Assembly: GCA_017479265.1 (NCBI GenBank)
Contig: JAFVCK010000058.1
Coordinates: 9,473 to 73,472, forward strand
DNA: 64,000 bases
Direction of reading: 5' to 3'
Origin: Bacteroidales bacterium
GTDB taxonomy: Bacteria > Bacteroidota > Bacteroidia > Bacteroidales > UBA932
A program made the position numbers and the translations under genes. Positions 17,559-27,608 of the stretch are shown here, in pieces. Positions within the stretch are counted from its first letter, which is position 1. Each line of letters starts with the position of its first letter. Below the pieces are notes generated by a model. The model did no database searches and was not told where the DNA came from. It was given only the letters and a program-made list of their open reading frames with translations.

Positions 17559-17684
17559 TAAAAAATAACCGCATCACACATGAACACGTAGCCACCCTCG
17601 GCTCGTAAGAGGGAGGGGCCCATTGCCCGCAATGGGAGGGGTCGGGCAAAGCCCGACGGTTCATGGTGATGCGGTTATTTTTTA
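17559..17684. repeat. 126-bp element: long terminal inverted repeat enclosing three hairpins (MITE/REP-like or structured RNA; probable bidirectional terminator)
   Basis: 19-bp perfect arms plus 7 further bp; inner stems ccctc/gaggg, cccattgc/gcaatggg, gtcgggc/gcccgac. Confidence 0.75.
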
Positions 17685-19040
17685 TTTAAAGAACCGATCT
17701 ACTTCCTTTACGGCCTCGGGGAGGGCGAATACGACGACCCTGTCGTAAGCCTCGATGCGCGTGGTACCCACGGCGATGAAAGAGTCATTGCCGCGGATTA
17801 CGCCTCCGACTATGGCATTGTCCGGGAAGTCGGTATCCTTCAGGCTGTTACGAGTGATTAAACTGCCCGGAGCTACTATGTACTCCAGCACCTCGGCATT
17901 GGTGCCGCTCATGTACTTTATGAAACGCACCTTGCTGCTCAAGGTCATCTTGAATATGCGCCCCGCGGTAATCAGTTTCTTGTTGATTACGGCATCCACT
18001 CCCATGTCCTCGGCCAGGCGGATATACTCTATGTTCTCCACCTGGGCGATAGTCCTTCCTACGCCGAATTTCTTAGCCACGACGCAGGCCAGAACATTGG
18101 CCTCGTCGTTGCCGGTAACGGCCACGAAAGCGTCGTAGTCGCGTATGTTCTCCTCCAGCAGGGTGTCTGAATTGCGCCCGTCGGCATTGACCACTATGAC
18201 ATTGTCTTCGAGCATGGATGAAAGCTCTATGCAACGCTTCCGGTCACGCTCTATAATCTTCACTGTATCAACGTCATGGCAGATGCCCTCCGCCACCATT
18301 TTCCCTATCTCTCCTCCGCCCAGCACCATTACCTTGCCAATTTCCCTTCCAGTCTTTCCGAGGTATGACATCAAGGCCGAAACACCCTCGCGGCGGGATA
18401 TGATGTATATGAGGTCGTTGTACTGGAAACGGGTGTCGAAACGGGGCATCAGGGTCTTGTCCTCGCGAGAAATAGCAACCACACGGAACTGCACTTTGTC
18501 CGAACTCACGGCAGCGGTGAACTCGGCCAGCTTCATGTCCAGGATAGGGGAGTTGTCATCGAGGCGGAAAACGGCCATCTGCAGCTTTCCTCGGGCGAAA
18601 TCCATGCTCTCCGAAGAGGTAGTGTGCCTGAGAAGCTCGACTATTTCGCCGGCGGCAATCTTCTCGGGATAGAACATCAGGTCTATTCCCATCTCCGTGA
18701 AAATGTACTTGTTGTCGTAGGCCACGTATTCCTCGTCGTCTATGCGGGCGCAGACCTTGGGGCAGCCAAGTTTCTTGGCCAGCAGGGCGCTGACCACATT
18801 GACATCCTGGTTCTCCGCCGGATTGACGGCGATGAACATGTCGGCCTGCTGTATGCCGGCACTCTTGAGGGACTTTATGGACGAGACATTACCCTTGATA
18901 GTGGCTACGTCTGCAATCCTGGACAGGCGCGTCAGCCTGCTCTCATCGGGGTCTATGACCGTTATGTCATTGGCTTCGCTGCTGAGCATCTTTGCCAGGT
19001 GGGACCCTACCTCACCTGCGCCCTCGATTATAATCCTCAT
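17682..19040 (-). CDS. trkA: Trk potassium uptake protein TrkA
   Basis: Two RCK_N/RCK_C pairs: GAGEVG, GGGEIG, AVTGNDEANVLAC. Confidence 0.95.
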   Translation of the reverse strand: MRIIIEGAGEVGSHLAKMLSSEANDITVIDPDESRLTRLSRIADVATIKGNVSSIKSLKSAGIQQADMFIAVNPAENQDVNVVSALLAKKLGCPKVCARIDDEEYVAYDNKYIFTEMGIDLMFYPEKIAAGEIVELLRHTTSSESMDFARGKLQMAVFRLDDNSPILDMKLAEFTAAVSSDKVQFRVVAISREDKTLMPRFDTRFQYNDLIYIISRREGVSALMSYLGKTGREIGKVMVLGGGEIGKMVAEGICHDVDTVKIIERDRKRCIELSSMLEDNVIVVNADGRNSDTLLEENIRDYDAFVAVTGNDEANVLACVVAKKFGVGRTIAQVENIEYIRLAEDMGVDAVINKKLITAGRIFKMTLSSKVRFIKYMSGTNAEVLEYIVAPGSLITRNSLKDTDFPDNAIVGGVIRGNDSFIAVGTTRIEAYDRVVVFALPEAVKEVDRFFK

Positions 19041-20143
19041 ATATTCAGGCTTTTAAATATTTTCTTTCCTTTTATTGCACCCTCGGCAACTATGAAGCCC
19101 CGATACAGGCCGCTCACAGAGGCGCTTTTGCCATACTGCTCCAGATACCTGACAATTTCCCTTAGGTCGGGCATACTGACCATCTGCTTATACTCCTTGT
19201 GGGCCTTGACAACGGCGCTGAAAAATGAAGGGCGCAGTGTCATCAGATACACAAGGGCGGAACCACCGTCCAGCACCATTCTCTTAAATATCATCCGCTT
19301 TGCGCGGCGAAGTCCCTTTCCGGCGGCCCGGGCGGCGGGTATTCCTTCCCGGTACAGCTCAAGAGCGTATGTTTTTCCGAGATTGTTGGACAGCAGCAGC
19401 AGATTGTTGCGGAAATTAAGCTTGAGCTTGCCGGGAGAATCAGGAGGAAGCGTACCTCCTCCCAGATGATAAACCGTGGACTGAGGAATGACCGTAATCT
19501 TGTATCCTTCAAGCTGGAGCCTCCAGCATAGGTCTATCTCTTCCTGATGGGCGAAGAATCTGCTGTCCAGGCCCTTCCATAGGCTCGCCCTTATCATCAG
19601 GCAGGCCCCCGTGACCCATAGGACATCCTTAGGAGCGGAGTCATATTGGCCCTTGTCCTTCTCTGTCATCTTCAGGACACGGCCCCTGCAGAAAGGATAG
19701 CCGTACCTGTCAATGAAGCCTCCTGCGGCACCGGCGTATTCAAATCTGTCCCTGTCCGAAAGGGCATGCAGCTTGGGCCCGCAGACAGCGCATCCGGGGT
19801 GGCTGTCCATCCACTGCTCAAGAGGCTCCAGCCATCCCTGCGGTACTTCAAGGTCGCTGTTAAGAAGCAGGTAATAGGTATAGCCTTCCAGCATAGCCAG
19901 GGCCCTGTTGTAACCTCCAGTGAAGCCGTAGTTCCTGTCAAGGGCAATCACTCTCACACCGGGGAACAGACCGGCCATGAGGTCAAGGGAACCGTCAGTG
20001 GAACCATTGTCGGCCACAATCACTTCGCTGTCTCCAAGGGGAGTGCCGTCGGGACTGCAGGAGGCCGACAGCAACACCGAAGGCAGAAAGCGCTCCAGTT
20101 GCTCCTTGGTATTCCAGTTGAGTATGACTATGGCCGTTTTCAT
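19037..20143 (-). CDS. Glycosyltransferase family 2
   Basis: IVILNWN, VADNGSTDGS, NYGFTGGYN, LLNSD, EEIDLCWR. Confidence 0.93.
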   Translation of the reverse strand: MKTAIVILNWNTKEQLERFLPSVLLSASCSPDGTPLGDSEVIVADNGSTDGSLDLMAGLFPGVRVIALDRNYGFTGGYNRALAMLEGYTYYLLLNSDLEVPQGWLEPLEQWMDSHPGCAVCGPKLHALSDRDRFEYAGAAGGFIDRYGYPFCRGRVLKMTEKDKGQYDSAPKDVLWVTGACLMIRASLWKGLDSRFFAHQEEIDLCWRLQLEGYKITVIPQSTVYHLGGGTLPPDSPGKLKLNFRNNLLLLSNNLGKTYALELYREGIPAARAAGKGLRRAKRMIFKRMVLDGGSALVYLMTLRPSFFSAVVKAHKEYKQMVSMPDLREIVRYLEQYGKSASVSGLYRGFIVAEGAIKGKKIFKSLNI

Positions 20144-21519
20144 TATGCACTGAAATCAACGTTGCCGAATGCCAGAGTGGGTATCTGCTTTATGCGGCAG
20201 GCTCTGGAATCGCTTCCGGCAGCGAGCAGGTTGTTCCACAGCTGCGTTATATTACCCGTTACCACCATGCCGTGCACAGGGGTAAGGACTCTACCTTTGA
20301 AGGCAAATCCTTCTATGCCGTATGAGAAATCGCCGCTGACCTTGTTGAAATTGCCTCCGTTGAAGCCGGTGACCAGTATTCCTTCGCCACAGGCAGACAT
20401 GATGTCATCTGCCGTGATGTTTTCCCTGCTGCCGCCAAGGCCCCACCAGGGCATCACCTTGGCCCTTGTGCAGTCGTCAACGGTAGGCGCCATGCCCATC
20501 TTGGCGGCCATGTAGGTGTTGAGGAAATACTTGTCTATGCGTCCGTCGCATATAACGGCATCATTGGCCGTGGCAACTCCTTCGCTGTCAAATAGTTTCG
20601 CTCCGCATTCACCGGGGCTTACGGGAAGGTCCATCATGGTGAACCCCTCGCTGAACACCTTCTTCGAGAGGCTCCCGGTGAGGAAGGAATTGTTCTGCTG
20701 CAGGGAATATCCGCCGAGGGCTCCGAGTATGGGAGCGACCATCTTGGCTGCCACTTCTGTATCGACTACCATGGTGTACTTTCCGCCGGGAACCGTCGTC
20801 GAGCCTATCTGGCTTTCGGCCTTGCGCAAGGCCTCCGGGCAGATTGAAGCGAAATCAATATCTGAGGGGCGTATGGCGGCATCCCACCAGTATCCGCTGT
20901 ACTTATGGCCCTGCCTGTCGGCTATGGTATATTCGCAACCTATTTCGAAGGAACTCTCTATATGCCTGACATCCAGTCCGTTGCTGTCGGCAATAATCAG
21001 GTCGGACACAGAGTCCGAATACTCCGTTTCCTCGGAAATGACCTTGTAGTCTCCTCCGTGTGGCTTGCTAAAGCAGGAAGCCTTGGTCGCGGTCTCCATC
21101 CTCCATTCTGGAGTGACGGCTGCGTATGCATCGTCATACAGGCCCATTTCGAGACCGGTGAGGGCCGTGGTGCAAAGCCTCCGTGGCTCCGGAAGTTTCC
21201 TCAGCGGGTCAGCCTCGAACATGTCCACGGTGTCAACCGCTTCGCGGATGAAAGGACCCATAGCCTCCGGATCCAGCCTGTTTGTGGTGAAAGAGGCAAA
21301 TCTGCCCTTGCGGAAAATACTGATGCTCAACATGATGTCTCCTGAGGATGTAACCTTGTCAGGCACACCGTCTCGAAGAGAAACCAGGTTCATCATGCTC
21401 TTGGCGAGGTTTATCCGGGCAGCGTCCGCACCGCAGGCGAGGGCCTTGTCCAGATATTCTTTCACCAGGGAGGCTTCTTTCTCACTTATGCTCCAGGGTA
21501 TGTCGTGTTTTGTGAACAT
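20143..21519 (-). CDS. pmbA: TldE/PmbA family protein
   Basis: FDSEGV, FNGGNFNKVSGDFSYGIEGF; no HExxxH; start at 21519 preferred. Confidence 0.88.
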   Translation of the reverse strand: MFTKHDIPWSISEKEASLVKEYLDKALACGADAARINLAKSMMNLVSLRDGVPDKVTSSGDIMLSISIFRKGRFASFTTNRLDPEAMGPFIREAVDTVDMFEADPLRKLPEPRRLCTTALTGLEMGLYDDAYAAVTPEWRMETATKASCFSKPHGGDYKVISEETEYSDSVSDLIIADSNGLDVRHIESSFEIGCEYTIADRQGHKYSGYWWDAAIRPSDIDFASICPEALRKAESQIGSTTVPGGKYTMVVDTEVAAKMVAPILGALGGYSLQQNNSFLTGSLSKKVFSEGFTMMDLPVSPGECGAKLFDSEGVATANDAVICDGRIDKYFLNTYMAAKMGMAPTVDDCTRAKVMPWWGLGGSRENITADDIMSACGEGILVTGFNGGNFNKVSGDFSYGIEGFAFKGRVLTPVHGMVVTGNITQLWNNLLAAGSDSRACRIKQIPTLAFGNVDFSA

Positions 21520-21606
21520 CAGTCTATGTTTTAATCTCGCAAATATAACCAATTTTTTGTTAAGCCCGATTAATTTAATATATTTGCATCTGCAAGTTGT
21601 ACTATT

Positions 21607-22464
21607 ATGGAATACGGCGAACTGAAACTTGAGCCCGGAGTATATGTCCCCAAGAGCAAGAGGGAATACTCCAAGACCGATCCTTACGAGCATGTCGTAG
21701 AGGTTGCCGGGGCGGTAGAAGAAGGCAATAAACTCTCATTTGACAAGGATTATCCCTATCTTGACGATTCCCCCAAGGCGAAGTGGAACCGTTTTCTTGG
21801 ATATCTCTTCCTCTGGGGTCCTGTTGTTCTGGTCAACCGCCTGCATTACGGCGTGAAGGTCCATGGCAGGGGAGTGCTGGATAAATACAAAGACAGCCTC
21901 AAGAACGGTGCTATGGCCATCTGCAACCATGTTATGCAGTTCGACGCAGTCTGCGTCAACGAGGCCGTCCGTCCGCTCAGGAAGCTCTGGATTCCTATGT
22001 ACAATGCCCATTTCAACGGCAACAAGCGCTGGATGCTGGTCAATCTGGGCGGTATACCCCTTCCCGATGACATGGAAGGCATGAAGGCTTTCAATGCCGC
22101 TTTCGACGAGTATCATCGCCGCAAGCAGTGGATGCTGGTGTTCCCCGAGGCAGTACGCTGGAATGATTACAAGCCGCTGAGACCTTTCCGCAAGGGGGCT
22201 TTTTCCATGGCTTACCGTTACGACATTCCTCTGGTGCCCTGTGTCATAACTTTCCGTCCGAGGAAGGGCCTGTATCGCCTTTTCGGCCCAAAGGATATGC
22301 CTTGCTACGATATCACGGTATGCGAGCCTATACTGCCCGACAGGAACGCTCCGCGCCGTCTGGAAGTGGACAGGATGAGGATTCTTGCACACCAGGAAAT
22401 GGAAAAAGCGGCCGGAATCCTTCAGAATCCCTGGCCGCCTATACCTTCGGAAGACACCGCCTAG
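21607..22464 (+). CDS. PlsC-like lysophospholipid acyltransferase
   Basis: NHVMQFD (HX4D), VFPE, PFRKGAF, PLVP. Confidence 0.85.
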   Translation: MEYGELKLEPGVYVPKSKREYSKTDPYEHVVEVAGAVEEGNKLSFDKDYPYLDDSPKAKWNRFLGYLFLWGPVVLVNRLHYGVKVHGRGVLDKYKDSLKNGAMAICNHVMQFDAVCVNEAVRPLRKLWIPMYNAHFNGNKRWMLVNLGGIPLPDDMEGMKAFNAAFDEYHRRKQWMLVFPEAVRWNDYKPLRPFRKGAFSMAYRYDIPLVPCVITFRPRKGLYRLFGPKDMPCYDITVCEPILPDRNAPRRLEVDRMRILAHQEMEKAAGILQNPWPPIPSEDTA

Positions 22465-23102
22465 CCTATAAGGCCGGCGGGGACGTTAGCCCCGTCACTT
22501 TCCACATCTACTTTCAGGAATGGCATCCCGCTCCTGCGGGCACCTTCGCCGTCGGTATCGTCGCGGTCTCCCACGACCATTATCTGCGAGGGCTCAAGAC
22601 CGAGCTTACGTGCAACTTTTTCAAAACACTCCCGGCAGGGCTTTATGCCGCCTAGTGAGGGAACGTCGAAGATGTAGTCGGCCCATTCGGTATTGAATCC
22701 TACTGCCTGAAGTTTCTCCTCGACGCATCCGTAATCGCTGAAAATAGCAATCTTGATGCCCTTGTTGCGAAGCTCCTGCATTACCTGCGGCACCCATCCG
22801 TAGATATGGTGATGCTTGGCCAGCAGGCGCACCATACGGGGAATGTAGCGGGTGAAATACCAGCGTCGTATATGCTCCCTGGAGACCTTGGACTTTGCCG
22901 CAATCTTGTCAAAGAAGGCCTCGTAAAAGGCTTCTTCGCTGCCGTAGTACACTCCTGCAATTTCCTTTCTTACAGCGCGTTCGGCTCCGAGGATGTACAG
23001 GTTGGCGAGGCTTCCGAGCACAAGGCGGCGCGGAAGCCCTCTCCTGTCGTATAGCGTGCCGTCGAGGTCAAAGACCACGGCCTTGATGTCGGGGCTAATC
23101 AT
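22461..23102 (-). CDS. HAD-superfamily hydrolase
   Basis: VFDLDGTLY, IFSD, KP, VGDRDDTDGEGA; start at 23102 overlaps the GH3 stop. Confidence 0.9.
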   Translation of the reverse strand: MISPDIKAVVFDLDGTLYDRRGLPRRLVLGSLANLYILGAERAVRKEIAGVYYGSEEAFYEAFFDKIAAKSKVSREHIRRWYFTRYIPRMVRLLAKHHHIYGWVPQVMQELRNKGIKIAIFSDYGCVEEKLQAVGFNTEWADYIFDVPSLGGIKPCRECFEKVARKLGLEPSQIMVVGDRDDTDGEGARRSGMPFLKVDVESDGANVPAGLIG

Positions 23103-24789
23103 CCAGAACCAGTTTCTTGAACTTGGCGTGACGCTTCTCGTCCTGCATGAGCAGCTGGAGCTTGAACTGTCCGTCACGTGCGCCTTCGGCTATGCACTCG
23201 GCCTTGAATTTCTCGAAGGACTGATCCACGAGCCTGTGGGCCACGGGCATTTTCAGACGCAGGGAATCCCTCTTGGTGAGATATTCCACGTTCTTCTGCT
23301 TGAGAATGGCATCGACGCACTCGTTGAACTTCTCGGCCTGCTCCTGGGTGGTGGCCTGGTCGGCGAACTCGTAGTAGAAGCGGTATCCGAGTATGCTCAG
23401 GTCCGCGAAACCGACGAAGAAGCGGGTCTTAAGGCCTGTCTGCTCCTCGGCCTCGTGTACGGCCTCGATGAACTGGCGCTCATGGAGCTTCTCTCCCGTT
23501 ATGGTGACTATTCCGTTGACCTTCTGGATAAGGTGTACGGTAGGGGTGTTCCGGAAGTTGGGACCAACCTCGAGGAGGTCGTTCATGTTGTAGCGGTACA
23601 GACCTGCGAAAGTGATCACGTAAGGGCAGTACCTCTTGCCTTCCTGAAGCTCATGGAGCTGTATGTATTTGCGGTTCGGATTGTCCAGGTCGGCCTCGTC
23701 TATGAACTCGTAATAGTGGAAGTGGGGGAAGAGGACGGTGTTCAAGGTGTCGTCCAGCACCAGGCCGAAGCGGCGTTCAGATGAGAAATAGCCGAACTCC
23801 TGATGGAGCATTCCCTCGGGGAAGGAATCCTTGAACTTGTCCAGATAGACCTTGGTGTTGCCGCACTTCCAGGTGTTGAGTATCTGGAGGTTGGGCCAGT
23901 AATGCTTGGGAAGCACGCGGCCGTATTTGGCCTTGAGCTCGCGAAGCTCGGCAGCCCTTGCGGGATTGGGCTTCAGAAGGCTCTCGAGCTCCTTGCGGAT
24001 TTCGGGGTCTATCCTCAGGTCCTTGTTCAGGGTACCGTTCTCGATATCCTTTACATACTCGTCGTAGAACTCGTTGACATTGTTCTGGAGTTCAACTATG
24101 GTGGAAGGATTGGCGGTTACGATAAGGGTGATGTCCTGCTCGATGCCCATGCGCATCAGCACATAGTAACGTGCGGTATAGTCAGCTATGGAATAAACGC
24201 ACTGGGGGTTGCTGTACAGGGCTTTTACGAATCCGGGGCAGTCCCTCTGGGTAACTCCCGACACGGAGCCGAACATGGTGCCGTCCGGGGCTTCGCCTTC
24301 CTTGACCTTGCCTACTATGGAAAGTATTTTGCCGCTGAATACCTTGTGGCGGTTCTTTATGAAATTGAACAGCCAGACCTTGGTCATTTTGCCATATATG
24401 TTCTCGAGATATTCCTTCGTGATGGGAATCCACTTGGGCTCGTTGGTGGTGCCGGAGGTGGTTGCATAGAGGAGGGGCTTGCCGGGGAAAAGGATGTCGG
24501 GGTTGCCCTGCTTGTGCTTCTCTATATAAGGACGGAGGTCTTCGTAATCGTTTGCTGGAACATTCTCTGCATACAGTTTGAAGAGAGTGTCGGCATCTTT
24601 TGCCTGGAGGATTGCGGCGAAATTGTGTTCTTTGCCGTATTCGCTGTCCTTGGCGTATTCCAGAATCGCCCTGAGCGTTTTCTCGGAAGAAGCCTTGGGG
24701 TCCTTGGACGCGCTCTTGAGGCTCATGTATTGTATGCCACCTGCCATTCCAAGCAGGGAGTTGGCTGTCAACATGCTTTTAAGTTCCAT
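23095..24789 (-). CDS. GH3 (auxin-responsive) acyl-acid amido synthetase family protein
   Basis: TTSGTTNEPKWIP P-loop, GYFSSE, GLYRYNMNDLL, ITGEKL. Confidence 0.9.
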   Translation of the reverse strand: MELKSMLTANSLLGMAGGIQYMSLKSASKDPKASSEKTLRAILEYAKDSEYGKEHNFAAILQAKDADTLFKLYAENVPANDYEDLRPYIEKHKQGNPDILFPGKPLLYATTSGTTNEPKWIPITKEYLENIYGKMTKVWLFNFIKNRHKVFSGKILSIVGKVKEGEAPDGTMFGSVSGVTQRDCPGFVKALYSNPQCVYSIADYTARYYVLMRMGIEQDITLIVTANPSTIVELQNNVNEFYDEYVKDIENGTLNKDLRIDPEIRKELESLLKPNPARAAELRELKAKYGRVLPKHYWPNLQILNTWKCGNTKVYLDKFKDSFPEGMLHQEFGYFSSERRFGLVLDDTLNTVLFPHFHYYEFIDEADLDNPNRKYIQLHELQEGKRYCPYVITFAGLYRYNMNDLLEVGPNFRNTPTVHLIQKVNGIVTITGEKLHERQFIEAVHEAEEQTGLKTRFFVGFADLSILGYRFYYEFADQATTQEQAEKFNECVDAILKQKNVEYLTKRDSLRLKMPVAHRLVDQSFEKFKAECIAEGARDGQFKLQLLMQDEKRHAKFKKLVLDD

Positions 24790-24878
24790 TTTTGCGTGTT
24801 TTGGTTTAGTACATTAATTGCTGCAAGAAACAAAGATAATCAAAAAATCTGAAACTGCCTAATTTGCAACATAATCGT

Positions 24879-26312
24879 TCACTCACCACCGACGGTAAGG
24901 GAGCCAACAAGGACGGTAGGTATGCCGCAGGATACGGGTACCTGCTGCATCTTTCCGCAGGTCCATGCCGAATCGTCCACGAGGCCGTCGTTTCCTACGG
25001 CGCGGATATCCGCAAGAGCCTCGGGACCGTTGCCTATGATGTTTATGTCGGTAACCGGCATGGTCAGGCGGCCGTTCTCAATGAGCCTTCCGCTCTTGAC
25101 ATAGAAGGTGAAGTCGCCTTCGCCTATCTTTACCTGTCCGTTGGCGAATTCATCCACGTAGATGCCCTTGCTCACGGAGGCTATGATATCTTCGGGGCGG
25201 GCATTTCCGCTTTCCATGTAGGTCGCCCTCATCCTCGGAATGGGGTTGAAGCGGAATGACTCCCTGCGGCCGTTGCCCGTAGGCCTTACGCCGTAGTGGG
25301 CGGCACTGACCCTGTCATGCAGGAAGGAAGTCAGTATGCCGTCCTGCACCATTACCGTCCTCTGGCCGGGGACCCCCTCGTCGTCGAAGTTCAGCGAGCC
25401 CCGGTTGCCCTTTATGGTGGCATCGTCAACTATGGTTATGCCTTCCATGCAGACCCTCTTTCCCATCTTGTCGGAGAATATGGACTGCCCCTTGCGGTTG
25501 AAATCGGCCTCGAAGGCATGTCCCATGGCCTCGTGCAGCAATATGCCGGAGGCACCGGCCCCCATTACAACGGGCATTTTCCCGCCTTTGGGACGGCCGG
25601 CTTCAAGGGCCTGGTCCAGACCTGAAGTTATCTGCACGGACATCTGCTCCTGAAGAACCTCGGAGAGCATTTCGGCTCCGCAGCGAAAACTGCGGCTGAC
25701 ATGCTTGTTGCGCGTCGTTTTGCCGTCGGAGAATATAATGGACACGGCTATGGTGCCCATGGGGCGGGTGTCGTATTTGAGTTCTCCTAAAGAGTTGAAC
25801 ATCAGTATGTCATCCACCTGCGAGGACAGCACGGCTATGACTTTTTGTATCCTCGTGTCCCTCTCCCTTATCTTCTTCTCGAGGGTGGTCAGCATGGCCG
25901 CTCCCGTTGTCGTTGGCACGGTGCGCCAGTCCTTCGTGAAAGGATATCTGTCGGCCGCCGGATTGGGCTTTCCGCTGAATGCGAAAGTCGGCCTTGGAGG
26001 AGTCTCGGGAGCGCCGTCCGCTATCACGGACGCGCTTTTGGCAGCATTCAGCATGGCGGGGCGGGAAGTGTCTTCAGTATAGGCATATCCCGTCCTGTCG
26101 CCCTTGAGCACCCTGATTCCCACTCCGTAGTCCATGGAAATGGCACCCGAGGAGACCTGGGAGTCCCTCAGCATGATGTCGCTGCCTTTGCTGCTGTAGA
26201 AATACAGGTCGGCATAGTCTCCGCCGCGGCCCAGCGCTGCGGCAACGGTATCTTCCATGGTACGGATGTCCGTCTTGAAAAGGTCTGTATAGAATGTGGG
26301 GTTATTTATCAT
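24879..26312 (-). CDS. tldD: TldD metalloprotease
   Basis: GGDYADLY, LLHEAMGHAFEAD, DDEG, TGNGRRESF, PRM, TCGK..QVPV. Confidence 0.93.
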   Translation of the reverse strand: MINNPTFYTDLFKTDIRTMEDTVAAALGRGGDYADLYFYSSKGSDIMLRDSQVSSGAISMDYGVGIRVLKGDRTGYAYTEDTSRPAMLNAAKSASVIADGAPETPPRPTFAFSGKPNPAADRYPFTKDWRTVPTTTGAAMLTTLEKKIRERDTRIQKVIAVLSSQVDDILMFNSLGELKYDTRPMGTIAVSIIFSDGKTTRNKHVSRSFRCGAEMLSEVLQEQMSVQITSGLDQALEAGRPKGGKMPVVMGAGASGILLHEAMGHAFEADFNRKGQSIFSDKMGKRVCMEGITIVDDATIKGNRGSLNFDDEGVPGQRTVMVQDGILTSFLHDRVSAAHYGVRPTGNGRRESFRFNPIPRMRATYMESGNARPEDIIASVSKGIYVDEFANGQVKIGEGDFTFYVKSGRLIENGRLTMPVTDINIIGNGPEALADIRAVGNDGLVDDSAWTCGKMQQVPVSCGIPTVLVGSLTVGGE

Positions 26313-26955
26313 CGCTTTGTCCTTGCAAGGCCTGTCTTGCTATGGCCTCGTATTTTTTGTTGTCTTTTACCACCATGTGCTCCTTCCATCCCTGGGCCAC
26401 TATGGTGAAGGGAATCTCGGAATTGTCGGCAAGTATCCACCTGTCCGCTATGGGGCTGTAATCGTAGAAAAAGTAATGCAGTCCCGTATCGTAGCGCCGC
26501 CTTATGGTCTCCTCCGGCACATTGTGTCCTCCTGCCTCGACCCTGGCCTTGACCCTGGCCACTGCAAGGTCGGCGGATTCCAGCCAGAAGTACAGCACGG
26601 TCACGAAATAGCCCTGCGCCTGGGCCTGCGTGACTATCTTCTTGAGGCTGCGGGTGGCAAGGGTGGTCTCTATGGCAAAGTCCGCTTTGCGGCCCAGCAA
26701 ATACTTGATTTTCATCAGCATGTAGCGGCTGGCGGCTATCTGTGCGCTGTCCGGGCTGAAGGGCGACAGGGCCTTTGCGAACTCGTCGGAATTGACGAAC
26801 TCGCTGACACTGAAAAGCTCCGGGAGAATCGTGTAGGACGCGGTGGTCTTGCCCGATCCGTTGCAGCCGGAGATTATGTAGAGCTTTGGCTGTTTTGCCC
26901 CTGCTCTGCCTGACGGCTGACTCCGTAGCCGAAAAGGGAAAAATCTCCTTTGCAT
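26302..26955 (-). CDS. Zeta-toxin-like/AAA_33 P-loop kinase
   Basis: LYIISGCNGSGKTT, FVNSDE, FAIETTL, ARVKARVEAGGHNVPE, ADNS; start uncertain because of 82-bp overlap with upstream gene. Confidence 0.85.
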   Translation of the reverse strand: MQRRFFPFRLRSQPSGRAGAKQPKLYIISGCNGSGKTTASYTILPELFSVSEFVNSDEFAKALSPFSPDSAQIAASRYMLMKIKYLLGRKADFAIETTLATRSLKKIVTQAQAQGYFVTVLYFWLESADLAVARVKARVEAGGHNVPEETIRRRYDTGLHYFFYDYSPIADRWILADNSEIPFTIVAQGWKEHMVVKDNKKYEAIARQALQGQSDDK

Positions 26956-27608
26956 GGATCGTCGGGGAATATCTCACGGAAGGTGTCTGTGATTTCCTGT
27001 ACCGTGTCTATGTCTTTCTGTTTTCTGGTGGTAAGCCCCAGGGCCGCAGCCTCGTCATAGACGTGTACGTCCAGGGGAATGAGCAGCTCGCGAGGGTCCG
27101 TGTCTTTCCACAGGCCCAGGTCCACCTTGCCGTCGCGCCTAACCATCCAGCGGCGCATCATGTTGATTTTCTTGTTGGGAGCCTTGGGGTCCTCTTTCTG
27201 TCCGAACACCCTGGTGCGGAATTCGGCAGGGGAGAGGCTTTCGATGCTGCCCAGGCCCTCGTAGAGGGCTTTGAGCCTGGCGCAGATTGCCGCCACTTCG
27301 GACCATTTGACCGTCCTGTGTATGCTGGCATCGTCGCCGCGCCATTCGCCCTTCATCACGTAATCGTATGGTTTCCAGTCCATTTCGTCCAGCAGCCTGC
27401 CGCAGTCCCTTACTATCATGGCCCTGCGTCCCCAGGCGAAATGCGCCGCGAAGACAGCCGCCACTTCAACGTCCTGGAGGCAGGCCCGTCCCTGTGCCAG
27501 AAGTCCGGCGAAACGGGTGGGGAAGGCGATGGGGTCTTCCACGAAATAGAGCGGGTCGTTGTATTTGGCGGCCCACTCTATCAGTTGTTTGCGTATTTTT
27601 TCAGTCAT
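26874..27608 (-). CDS. TIGR02757/DUF2400 family protein
   Basis: DPIAFP, FAWGRR, RWMVRRDGKVDLGLW, IPLDVHV, PDDPCKGDFSLFG. Confidence 0.88.
   Translation of the reverse strand: MTEKIRKQLIEWAAKYNDPLYFVEDPIAFPTRFAGLLAQGRACLQDVEVAAVFAAHFAWGRRAMIVRDCGRLLDEMDWKPYDYVMKGEWRGDDASIHRTVKWSEVAAICARLKALYEGLGSIESLSPAEFRTRVFGQKEDPKAPNKKINMMRRWMVRRDGKVDLGLWKDTDPRELLIPLDVHVYDEAAALGLTTRKQKDIDTVQEITDTFREIFPDDPCKGDFSLFGYGVSRQAEQGQNSQSST

Noticed and set aside
17559-17684. Possible tRNA, SRP RNA or 6S RNA
   Set aside because: No T-loop/D-loop consensus, no SRP GGAA-loop domain, and no 6S-type central bubble; kept only as an unexplained structured element
20143-26312. TldD/TldE as part of a RiPP (microcin-type) cluster
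   Set aside because: No precursor peptide, YcaO or exporter seen; TldDE is widespread housekeeping
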